Source: the human T2T-CHM13v2.0 reference genome, Homo sapiens
Assembly: GCF_009914755.1 (NCBI RefSeq)
Contig: NC_060938.1
Length of the DNA stretch: 64,000 nucleotides
Strand: one strand, 5' to 3'
Of this stretch, positions 52,561 to 64,000 are shown piece after piece (positions within the stretch are counted from its first letter, which is position 1; each line of letters starts with the position of its first letter). Under the pieces are notes generated by a model that was not told where the DNA came from, made no database searches, and was given only the letters and a program-made list of their open reading frames with translations. A program made the translations under genes and the position numbers.

Positions 52561-53819
52561 TAGAGTCCCATTCAGAGTCCTTACTCTGCTGACAATGGAG
52601 GTAGGGACCTAGGGCAGGTTCAGTGTTGCCACTAGGTCATGTTAGTTCTTGACTCTGTCAGGGAAAGGATGGACAATACTCATAGTGTGTGGTTCTTTTG
52701 CTTAACCCTGTTGATGAAGGTAAGACCATCTGCGGAAGTTGGAGTTTCCTCTGAGCACATAGAGAAATGGAAACACTAGCATGATAGCAAGGTGTAAGGA
52801 TATAGTCAAAGGCTGTTCTGAGAGACGAAAATCTCTGTGCAGTAATGATTGAATAATTTGTGGTGCATTCACATCATAGAATGTAACAGAGATGGAGACA
52901 AGAGTGAATAGAACTATGCTAGCTGACTTGGAAGGTTTTCCATGAGATATTTTTAAGTAAGAAAAGTAGGGCTCACAAAAGAGTGTGAAGTGTGTACAAT
53001 ACGATTCCATGTAAATAAAACAATTGTAAATAAACCCTTGTGTATGTATGTACAAGAATATATACTCCCATTATGTGGGTTCAGCCTCCAGGGTAAATCT
53101 AATCTAAGGCTACCTGGTAGTGGTCTAATGTCAGGGAAGCTTGTGAGATCTGCGAATGAGCCTCCATTTGTCTTAAGTCAGGATTTCCTCAATGCATAGA
53201 CATGTATGGTTGGTAGAACAGGTATAGCAATGTGGACATATGACTATATGATTTATTAATTACACCATCCTGAATAGGGTTAGCTTAGGAAGCAGCAGGC
53301 ATGAAGTTCCACAGAAATTTTCCAATTTGTTTAAACTAATCTCAAACTTCCTCCTTTTTTGTTTCCTCTTTTGAGTCCATCCACCATTTCCTCCAAACAT
53401 TTATACCATCTCTACAGGTACTGCCTGCTTCCATGCACAAATTAGTTTTGTACATTTGCTTCTTTGCATCATTGTGCCGTAACAATAAAAGGATTGGTTG
53501 GTTGTCCCAGGTTAATTTTGCTCTGGTCTGTAGAGTGCTCTTTTGGTAATATTTTCAATGATAGTTGATTTTGTCCCAAAGTTGTACAAATTCAGTTTCT
53601 GCGACCAGTATTAAGGGAATAATTAATGTTTACTTTTCGTTACATATTGATGGTAAGCAGATTACTTTTTCATCATTTTTTTATTTTGTTATATTCATTC
53701 ATTCATTTACTTAATTTTTGTGCAGGCCTGTTTTTCCTCCCTTATTTTTAAGTGGAATAGAGTTTTAGTTTTTATATTACCCTCCTTTGCATGCTACTTT
53801 ATTTCTTAGTCTTTATTCC

Positions 53820-53948
53820 TATTATTGTTTTTGTCTAGATGGAGTCTCACTATGTTGACCAGGCTGGTCTTGACCTCCTGGCCTCATCAAGCGATTCTCC
53901 TATCTCAGCCTCCCAAAGCGCTCGAATTAGAGGCCTGAGACCAGCCTG
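53820..53948 (-). mobile_element. Alu monomer (FLAM-like)
   Basis: Single diverged Alu left-arm sequence. Confidence 0.75.
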
Positions 53949-54335
53949 CATGCTGCTTGATTAAGATGGATCAGGTTTGCTGAAAAAGTTGTTAGGGTTG
54001 AGGGAGAAAAACTGGAAACTAAATGATAAAAGAGAACACAAACACGTACACAATCCAGAATGTATTATATAATCACATTTATGTGAAATAGTATATGTAG
54101 ATATGTATAATTATTATTTAAAATTAAAGATAGATGATTTTTAAAAACTAAGAATATATCATAAATTTTTCTTTTTACTTCTCTGTATCCCATTTGCTTT
54201 GTAGATTCTTAAGAAAAATATGTATGTTAGGAGATGTCCCTGCAAAATTTCTGTAGAAAGGGTGGGAGAGGATAAATATCAGAAAGGAAGCAATCGATGT
54301 TATTAGGAGCTAAATTTCTGTTTCTCACTCAACAG

Positions 54336-54418
54336 TTGCATAAATTGAAAAAGGCAGTAAATGAATTGTCTCGTGCTATCCACCTTCAGCCAGATGGAAT
54401 CCAATTATACATAAGAAG
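54336..54418 (+). CDS. TTC6: Coding exon H (LHKLKKAVNELSRAIHLQPDGIQLYIR)
   Basis: tttctcactcaacag acceptor, AAG|gtatga donor; 83 nt, phase 0 to 2. Confidence 0.9.
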
Positions 54419-55359
54419 GTATGAGCATAGAAACTGAATTCTTCTTGGGATAACTTAGCATCAGAGAAATTGAATGGGGATCTTCAGTTCCCTCTTGAAC
54501 CTTTCAGGCTCCCCATTTTACATTTAATCTCCCAGCAATTGCCATTTCCCCACCAGCAAGCCAGTTTGTTAAACTTTGAGATAGTTTATTACATAAGATA
54601 ACCAGATTTTTCCCTTTGCTCTACCCTTGCATCAAAATATACCTGTTTAGTGTTTATGTTCTTTGAGACCTTTTTAAGCGACTAGTCATATGGTTATCAC
54701 ATATCTCATAAGAGTAAGGTAACGTATTTTGAACAGTTGTTTTGATTATGTCCACAATCAAACATAAGCATGTGTACTAAACACAAACCTCTGCTAATTC
54801 AGTGAAAAGAAGTGACATACTGAATTGTATACCATTTCTACAGGTACTGCCTACTTCCATGCAGTATTTCAAATGCAGTAGAACTTTCTATAAAGATATC
54901 CTTTGCAAGTTATGAGTTATCACTATCAAAAATATAAACTTTTAAGGATTTATAGACCTGGGAAATGGAATGTGACAGTGCTTTACTGATAAGGGCTTGC
55001 TTTGTCCTTGAACCACATTTTAGCAATTTATGTAGATACCTCCTTCCTTTTATATGCCTTGAACTTTATCTTTTAATAATTTCTCAGCAAAAAGTATAAC
55101 ATTTTAAATGCAGATAATTGCAAAAAGAGATTTGTGTATTTTTCTTTCAGTGTTACATTTCCTAAGTTTTCTCATCACATCACTATGCTAATTGATATAT
55201 TTAGATTATATAAAATGTCTATAATTTTCACTTTTTTATGCATACATAAGTAAATAAGAATGAATATATTGTAAAATTGTAAGTAACTGATTAGAAGAAA
55301 CTTTATTTTAGAAAGTTAATTTTTAGCTGCTTAGAATCAAAATCGATTATTTCTTCCAG

Positions 55360-55436
55360 AGGACAATATCTTCTTATGATGAAATATTATGATCTTGCAA
55401 AGTTTACTATTTATCAAATAGCAGAAATGGACAAAG
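55360..55436 (+). CDS. TTC6: Coding exon I (RGQYLLMMKYYDLAKFTIYQIAEMDK)
   Basis: ttcttccag acceptor, AAG|gtaagt donor; 77 nt, phase 2 to 1. MMKYYDLAKF (ATG at 55376) is the N-terminus I recall for the short annotated TTC6 protein. Confidence 0.92.
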
Positions 55437-55852
55437 GTAAGTATAATTAATTATAACTTTTAAGAAATACTTCTTTAAAATTTTTATGCTATTTTGCAAT
55501 AGTTATGTATAAATAGCATGAAGGATCCAATTGAAAGTCAAATTAGATTTTCAAACTTTAGTTTTATATGTACATTGCCAATTAGTAAAATGATTCATAG
55601 CAGTGAATTTTGTGAGAGAGAATTTTTATGGGAAATATTAAGCTTACAATTTTTCTATTTTTTGTCTGTAATTGGAATGTCTTGTTGGTTACTGGTAGTA
55701 AATAGATCTTACTATGATTTGTTAATTTTATAATTTATTGATTTGTTAATTCATATTATAAAGACAAATTATTGAATTACTCCCTTAGAATAATTATATT
55801 CAAAATCATTGATACTTGGCAAAGATATTGATAAACTTTCCTTCCCTTTTAG

Positions 55853-56013
55853 GTCTCAGTGAGTTGAGTCCTATGCAGCAAGCCCTTATTTATTCATTTT
55901 GTGAAAACCATGACAAGGCCATTGAGGTCTTGGATGGAATCAGCTGGAATAGAGCTGAGATGACCATGTGTGCTCTATTAGCAAAAGTTCAAATGAAGGC
56001 CAAGAGAACCAAG
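55853..56013 (+). CDS. TTC6: Coding exon J (GLSELSPMQQALIYSFCENHDKAIEVLDGISWNRAEMTMCALLAKVQMKAKRTK)
   Basis: cttcccttttag acceptor, AAG|gtgaaa donor; 161 nt, phase 1 to 0; overlaps ORF 55816-56043. Confidence 0.92.
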
Positions 56014-56079
56014 GTGAAAAGTCCTCTGAGTAATGTTTACTAAACCTATTAATGAAGTGTATATATTGTGCTTAGTATA

Positions 56080-58200
56080 CCACTTTAAATATTTTTCACA
56101 AAATTAAGTCATACTATTTATTTTCTGTGAATTAACATTTGGGTTATTTTCTCTCTTTTTTGTGCCCCCTCTTAAGAACAGGGCTGCCCTAAATATTCTT
56201 TTTCATGTATTCAGTCAGCATGTGGAGTAGTTTTCCAGGTTATATTTCAAGGAGTGCAATTGGTGGTATGTAGAGAATGTGAATGTTTAACTTTCAAGGA
56301 AATGACGCGTTGTTTCATAGGGCGGTACCAATTTATTCTCCTACCTGAAGTGTAGGTGTATTCCTGTTCCTGTTGGTCTGCATCTTTTACAATAATTGAT
56401 ATTGTTAGGCTTTATTTTTGCCAATTTGGTGGATAAAAATTTATGTCTTGTGGTCTTAATTCACACTTCTCAGTTTGAGCATCAGGTTGAGAATCTTTTT
56501 ATGTTTATCAGCCACTCATATTTTCTGTTCTATCAATTTGCTATACACATTTTTCATTTCTCTTGTTCTTACTGATTTTAGGCATTTAAGATATAAATTC
56601 TGTATACTAATCCTCGATTGTGTGCTGAGTATCTTCTTACAGTTTGTGCCTCGTCTTTTGTCTCTGTGGTGTCTTCTGATGAACAAAACTTCTAAAGTTT
56701 AATGTAGTAATATGTCTATTTAAAATAGAATATGTCTATTTTAAAATTTGTCATCAGGGTGTCTTAAAAAATACCTTGTTTAAAAAGCCCTTTTCTACTC
56801 CAAGGTCAAGATATTCTTCCCTATTTTCTTTGGAAAGTTTAAGTTTTCCTTTTTCCATTTAAGACCCTACTCTATCTTAAGATTATTCTTTTTTAGCATG
56901 AGAGAGTGATAAAATTTCAGTTTTCTCCATATGGGTATTTAAATGTTTCAGTATCCTTTATTGAAATGTTCTTCTTAACCCAAAAATCTGCAGTGCTACA
57001 TCTATCTTATTACAAGTTTTCACATATGTGTGGATCATGTGCTATTTTAGATTCTCTGTTCTGTTCCTTTGGTCAATTTTTCTATTACTGGCCCAGCAGT
57101 ACAATGTCTTAATTGCTATAACCTCATTGAAATTATTGATAACTGGTGGAGCAAGTCCCCACACCATATTCTTCTCTAGGAAGCTCCTGGTTAATCTTCA
57201 GCATTTACTCTGCCATATACATGTTAAATTTAGCTTGCCCAAGGTCCATTAAAAACTCTCTTGAGATTTTGAATCTTGAGATTGTTTTAGGGAGAATTGA
57301 CATCTTTATGATATTGAATTCTTTAGTTTATGATCAGAATGATGTATTGCCCCATTTATTTCACTTTTTCTTTTGAATAGATTTTACATATCCATTGCTA
57401 AAAGTTTCCTAGTTTTCCAGTTTTTTTTCATAGTTTTTGCTACTATTATAAAGGGTATCTTTTTAAAAAAATTTGTTTGCTGATGGTTTATAGAAATGAA
57501 ACTGATTTTGGAATACTTATCTACTGGCTGACCACCTTGCTGAACTTGCTTATTATTTCTTAAAATGTTTAGTTCTGTTCTTTTGGGTTTATAACTAGGA
57601 AAATATGTCATCTATAAATAATAATAGTTTTATTTTTTTCTTTCTTTTTATGTATTCTGTTTCTTATTCTTGTCTAACTGTGCTGGCTAGAAACTCCAAG
57701 ACAATACTGACTAAAACTAGTGACAAAGACACCCTTATTTTCTTCCAAATTTTAAAGGAAGTTTACCCTACTAAGAATGAAGTTTGGGATTGATTTTTGT
57801 AGATAATTTAAACAAAATAAAGATTACATAATCTTTCTATTTCCATTTTGAATTTTATCAAATAATTTTTCATCAGGTATTGAAATTATTATGTTTTTAT
57901 CCTTTAATATGTTAATGTAGCAGATTATATGTCACATATGAAATTAAGTAATCTATGACATTATTTAGTGTTAGACCAACCATGCATTCCTGGGTTAAAC
58001 CAACTTGATCAGAATATATAATCTTTTTGTAGACATTGCTAAATTTGAGTTGCTTGTGAGGATCTTTGTGTCTATATTTATGAGTGAGATTGATTTTGTG
58101 GGATTTGAGTATTGATCTCATAGGATTATTTGGAGAGTATTTCTTCTTTTCTATTTAGTGAATGAGTTTGTCTAAAGATTGTAAGGATGTCTTCTTTGAA
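56080..58200 (-). mobile_element. Ancient L1M fragments
   Basis: Degenerate antisense L1 ORF2 strings (ttagggagaattgacatctttatgatattga; ccaaccatgcattcctggg); approximate. Confidence 0.65.
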
Positions 58201-58515
58201 AGATTATTTAATGCTTTAATATCTAGTACATGGCACACATTTAATAAACATTAGCCGTTATTATTCCTATTTTTTCTCCCTGGGCATTTTAAGACTTTTT
58301 ATCAGCTTCATTCCATAAGCATTTAATCATGAGAAACTACCTTTAGTATAAAAACTAAAAAAACTTTATTTTTGCTCTCTTGACCTCACCAATTATTGGC
58401 TTTTTTCTCTTTACTCTGGCACAACCAAATCTTGGAAAATTGTTTATAGTCCTTATCTTCATTTCCTCACTTTCCACTCATTCTGCTGCTCACCACAATC
58501 TGGCTCCTTTCCTCT

Positions 58516-61500
58516 TGTGATGGACACATGATAAGGTGACCCTCAACAAGTTATGCCCTTGTGTGACCTTGAGTGTGAGTGGAACCTATGTCTCACTTCT
58601 AACCAACAGAGTATGGGAAAGATGATGGGATGTCACTCCCATGATTATATTAGGTTATGTAGTAGACTGGAGAGAGAAATTCCCTTCCTGGCCTTAAAAA
58701 AGCAAAGAATTATACTATGAACTGCTTGTGGAGAGGGTATCATGGTAGGGAACTGCTGTGGCCTTGAGGACCTCAGGACAATCTTCAGCCAATAGCCAGT
58801 AAGAAGCCTGGGCCCTCAGTCATGCAGCCATAAGGAAACGAAACCCACCAACAATCAGAATGAGCTTAAAAGAAGAAGAGAAAAGAAGTTTTCAGATGAG
58901 AATGTAGCACAGTTGACACCTTGACTGAAGCCTGGGAAACCCTAAGCAGAGGACTCAGCTAAGCTATGCGCAGGCTCCTGGCCCCTCACCTCTGCTTGTT
59001 CGTCAACAATATTCTAAACTATCTCCTGTGAGATAAGAAATGTGTGTTGTTTTAAAGCATTAAGTTTGTGGCATTTTTTATTTTTTGCAGCAACAAGAAA
59101 ATAATACAGATGCAGTGTTGCTGTAACAAATACCTGCAAATGTAGGAGCAGCTTTAGAACAAAGCAGTGGGCAGAGGCTGAAAGAATTTTGAGGAACATG
59201 ACAGAAAAAGCTTCAATCACCTCAAGCAGACTCTTAGTAGATACCTGGTTTTTAAAGACACTAGCATTGAGGACTCTGAGGCAAATGAGCAACATGTTAT
59301 TATTTTTATTTAGTGGTTCAAAGCTTAGTAAAATTTTCTCATTTAGTTGTATGGAAAGAAGAACTAATAATTCAGGAGCCTGGATATACAGCTAAGATAA
59401 TTTCCAAGCAAGGTGTTGACAGTGCTGCCAGCTTTCTTTTTGCTTCTAATAGTAAAGTGTGAGAAAGGAGAGATAAGTTAAGAACTGTTAAACAAAGTCA
59501 ACCAGGACTTGCTTATGAGGAAAATTTTCAACTTCTCCAGATGGCAAAAGAGGACAAAATTCAGTCAAGAGAAAAGGACAAGGTGTGGCCGGACAACACT
59601 TTGCTAAGAACTTAGAAGGATCATGAGGGCAGAGTATTCAGTCACACTAGTTCTTTTTCCTTTCAAGAGATTAAGGGCAAAACTTACAAATCTTCTTAAC
59701 CAAACCAGAGGATCTCCAGAAGCTTAAGGGCATTGTCCCTCAGGCATCTCAGCAGTAGGCCGAAGTAGACAAGGAATTTTCTTGAAAAAATTAGTGGATG
59801 TGGCTTTTGTCTAATGAAGTGAATCCCTGCGAAATCCATGGAAGATCTCCAAAGTTTTTAGGAGAATTATTTATTTATAAACACTGACAATTTGGACTTA
59901 GACAGAGAGAGTACAAAACGAAAGAAGGCTGTCAGACCTCAAAATCATTCTGGCAGGAAGTAGGTTAATAAAACAACTCAGCTGCAAACACGTACAACCT
60001 TTCATAAAAAAGGAAAAAGGACCCAGAAGGCAAGACTAGGAACCCACAGGATGACACTAAGTGCCATAAATGTTTTGAAACCTAATCAAGAGACTGAGCA
60101 TTTGCCCAAATGTATTTCAGAACTGCCATGGACCAGTGGCTCATTTTAATCTTCCATTTTCCCCTTTTTAAACCAGAATATCTGTGGATATTATTCTATG
60201 CCTGTCACCCATTGTATGTTGGGTGTTTTGGGGACAGATAACTTGTCTCTTTAATTTCACAAGTCCACAGATGGAGAGGAATTGTGTCCCAAGAGTGGGA
60301 GCTGGTGGATTTTACTTAAATGCCTCATCCAGACTTGGACCTGCTTTAAATGATGAAATTTTAGATGTTGAGCTGATGCAATAATGAGCTGAGACTTTGG
60401 GGGACCTTGGAATGGAGGAATATATTTTGCGTGTGGCAAGAATGTTGAATTACTGGGGGCCAGATCATTAGAGTCATCTGGTAGACACACTCTAAGATTA
60501 TTCTTAATCATACCCTATGTTATCTCCTCCCCTTCCTTGAGTGTGTGCAGGACCTGTGACTTGCTTCCAACCAATAGAATATGGCAAAATTGGTGGGGTG
60601 TCGCTCCCTCAATTATGTTGCAGTATATAAGACCTCCTTCTTAGCAGAGTAAAGAGAGAGAGGTTCTCCTGCTGGCCTTGTTGTGACTTCTTATGGAGAG
60701 AGTGATGTGGTGAGGAACTGTGGGCAGCTGGGACCTGAGTGCAGCCAACAGCCAGCAAGCTGGTATCTCATTGTGGTTTTTATTTGCATCACACCAGTCA
60801 GAATGGTGATTATTAAAAAGTAAAGAAACAACAGATGCTGGTGAGGTTGCAGAGAAATAGGAACGCTTTTATACATTTCAACCATTGTGTAAGACGGTTT
60901 GGCGATTCCTCAAAGACCTAGAGGCAGAAATGCCATTTGACCCAGCAATCTCATTACTGAGTATATATCCAAAGGAATATAAATCATTCTGTTACAAAGA
61001 TATATGCATGTGTATGTTCATTGCAGCACTATTCACAATAGCAAAGATACGGAATCAACTCAAATGCCCATCAATGATAGAGCGGATAAAGAAAATGTGG
61101 TACATACACACGATGGAATATTATGCAGCATAAAAAGTAATGAGATCATGTCCTTTGCAGGGACGTGGATGGAGCTGGAAGCCATTATCCTCAGCAAACT
61201 AATGCAGAAACAGAAAACCAAGCCCTGCATGTTATAAATGGGAGCTGAACAATGAGAACACATGGACACAAGGAGGGGAACAACACACACTGGGGCCTGT
61301 AGGAAAAAGGGTGCGGGGAGACAGAGCATTAGGAAAAACAGCTAATGCGTGCTGGGCTTAATACTTAGGTGGTGGGTTGGTAGGTGCAGCAAACCACCAT
61401 GGCACGTGTTTACCTTTGTAACAAACCTGTATATCCTGCATATGTACCCTGGTACTTAAAATAAAATAAAAAAAAAATGAAACTGGGGCTGTCAGTCCTG

Positions 61501-61750
61501 GAGTCTCAAGGAAATGAAGGCTGCTGACAACATGAATGAGCTTGGAAGCTAATTCTCCCAGCCAAGTTTCCAGAGGAGAATGTAGCTCAACCGACACATT
61601 GATAGCAGCTTTGTAGGACCCGGAGCAGAGGGCCCAGTTAAGCCATGCCCAATCTCCGGACCTGTGGAAAGTGTGAGATGATAAATGCATGTTACTATCA
61701 TTTGCTAAATGTGTGGTAATTTGACCTGTAGCGATAGAAAAACGAATGCA
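58516..61750 (+). mobile_element. Complete MaLR (MLT1-type) element: LTR 58516-59108, internal region, LTR ~60477-61750
   Basis: TG...CA ends, two homologous LTRs, MLT-int start after aataca; 5-bp TSD cctct at 58511-58515 and 61751-61755. Confidence 0.88.
60761..61477 (+). mobile_element. 5'-truncated L1PA (about L1PA10-12) with a short 5' inversion, inside the 3' MLT1 LTR
   Basis: ORF2 C-terminal translation at 60885-61133; A tail; 60761-60789 is inverted L1 sequence. Confidence 0.88.
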
Positions 61751-61790
61751 CCTCTGGTTTGGAATCAAGCACTCTTGCTAGCTTCATTGA

Positions 61791-62098
<308 letters not shown>

Positions 62099-63091
62099 TT
62101 CATTGACTTTCTTATTGCAGATTCTGTGATCATTACTCAGTATGGATCATGTCTACTTTTTTCTTCACATTTGGAGATTTTGGTCTCTGTATTATTTGAG
62201 GACTGCTTTTTTATATTTGCTTTAATCTCCTCCTCCCAGCCTGTCCTCTGTGACTCTAGCTGGATACCTGATGTCACCATCAGCTACCCTCTTCCACCCA
62301 ATCAATAGTGATGTTTTCTTGGTTCTGCTTTCTAGATACTTCTCAAATCCACTTTCTTTATTTCTGTGGTTATTATCCTGGTTTGGAGCATATAGTTAAA
62401 AAAATTTTTTTGAATTATATAGCTGCATTGTTGTACTCTTCCAAGCTTTTATCCACACAGCAGCCACAGTACTTTCTGCAGACTATAAAGATGACTTATC
62501 TGTAAGCCCCTGCAGATGTCCCTCAGATGACACCGTGGAGTAGTGAAAGAGAGAGAGATGGAGGAAGCAGGAGGAAGTGAAGACATGTTCATTTTAATTT
62601 AAATGGGTTGGAAGGCTTGAGTAGACAAGTTTTAATGGGCTCAAGGAGTCAGTAAAGGGGCAGAAATCCAAAGGAGGAAGGAAGTAACAGGCTGCTCAGG
62701 TGAGGCAGGAGAAGATGGGGTCAAGGACAGCTTTTGAGGAGTTAGCTCTGCAAGGAATGAGAAAGAAAGCAATTCAAAGACAGGAGAGAAAAAGGTGAAA
62801 GTGAATGAAGATATAGATTCATCGAAAAGTAGAAAGGGGGGAAATTGAGACAGTAATCCACTTTTTCTAGGCAAGGTCATGTGCTGAGAGTGAGGACAGA
62901 AGGAGGGATGTTGGGTGGCTTGCAAACATATACAGCTAATGCTCAATAGAACACTTAGCATATCCAAGTGAAACTTCATTTTTTCTTTAGCAATTTAAGA
63001 CAATTAAGAAGATGGTATAACCAGTAACAAGTATTTGTCTTTCTATATACAGATATACAGTGGGTAGTTAAGTATTAAATGGCATTTCTAT

Positions 63092-63224
63092 CTTTTTCAT
63101 TAATGAGACATTTGACTTTTTCATTTAATGAGACTTTTTCATTCATGAAACTTTTGACTATTTTGAACTTTTTCATTAATGAGAGTTTGAACATTTTCAT
63201 TAATGAGACTTTTGACTCTTTTGA
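63092..63224. repeat. Degenerate tandem repeat, 5 copies of ttttcattaatgagac-like units
   Basis: Directly visible. Confidence 0.85.
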
Positions 63225-63745
63225 ATAAATAAATGGTTGAGTTTTGGAGGTAGTTTATTTTTTTGGTGCCAATAAAACCCTATTAGGAGGACAGCAGGAC
63301 ACAATAAAAAATGGATTAAAATTATGTCAGATATTATCAGTGGAGATCTTTTACTACCTAGTAGCTTCCCAGTATTCCATTCAGAGAAATTATTAGGAAA
63401 TTGTCAATAAACTTGTTCATAAATTTAAGCCTGACTTAAGCTTGTGTATATAGCCTTTAGAATTCAGAAATTTTAGTTCCAAAAATCCATGTCCATAAGC
63501 CTGCTTAAGTACTGGCTTGTAGGATAGGCACCTGGGTGGGACTCATGAGGGTAAGACTTCTGAACTGGGTTCTCTTCTTGTAGTGTACTGACAAGACCTG
63601 TAACTTCACCAGGTCTGTTTGTCCCCAGATAAAGTAAGAGTAGAGGTGTGTGCTCTGTGCTCCTTTTAACATATAAGGCTGTAACGTTAAATCAATAGTG
63701 GAAAGAAACATTTCTTGCCCCCTCCCTGCTTTTTTATCATTATAG

Positions 63746-63880
63746 GAAGCTGTGGAAGTGCTTAAGAAGGCTTTGGATGCCATTTCTCATTCTGATAAAG
63801 GACCAGATGCCACAGCAATTTCAGCAGACTGTCTGTATAACTTGGGTCTTTGTTACATGGAGGAAGGCAATTTACAAATG
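63746..63880 (+). CDS. TTC6: Coding exon K (EAVEVLKKALDAISHSDKGPDATAISADCLYNLGLCYMEEGNLQM)
   Basis: tttttatcattatag acceptor, ATG|gtattt donor; 135 nt, phase 0 to 0; contains the TPR motif CLYNLGLCY. Confidence 0.9.
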
Positions 63881-64000
63881 GTATTTCGTGTATTTAGGAG
63901 TATAGATTATTTGTGATTTTAGAGACTGGTTGCTTGTATGCAATTCTGTTTCTGAAGGCCACCTATACAGTGGGCAACCGGTCCAAAGCTGCTTATGAAG

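Noticed and set aside
56708-56746. 20-bp tandem duplication (aatatgtctatttaaaat)
   Set aside because: Trivial slippage inside an ancient L1M.

Overview
Primate (most likely human) genomic DNA from inside a large + strand gene. Eleven GT-AG exons (8008-8470, 8780-8909, 10119-10291, 12167-12303, 46532-46701, 49783-49903, 51330-51480, 54336-54418, 55360-55436, 55853-56013, 63746-63880; called A-K here) splice with matching phases into one stop-free frame of 600 codons made mostly of tandem TPR repeats. I recognise this from memory as TTC6. The rest is mostly transposon-derived. The 34.2-kb D-E intron holds four full-length antisense L1s of different ages, one nested in another, plus older L1M pieces and Alus. 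The window also has a degenerate ERV-L provirus, a complete two-LTR MLT1 element with a 5-bp TSD, MER5A, Tigger3, L2, MIR and microsatellites. Most interesting: two of the antisense L1s keep an open ORF0 whose second splice donor is phase 2, matching the next host exon (E). This predicts an L1-antisense-promoter-driven in-frame ORF0-TTC6 fusion. The first host Met after that entry point is the MMKYY start I recall for the short TTC6 protein. Repeat subfamily names come from recalled consensus features, not a database search, and boundaries of old repeats are approximate.
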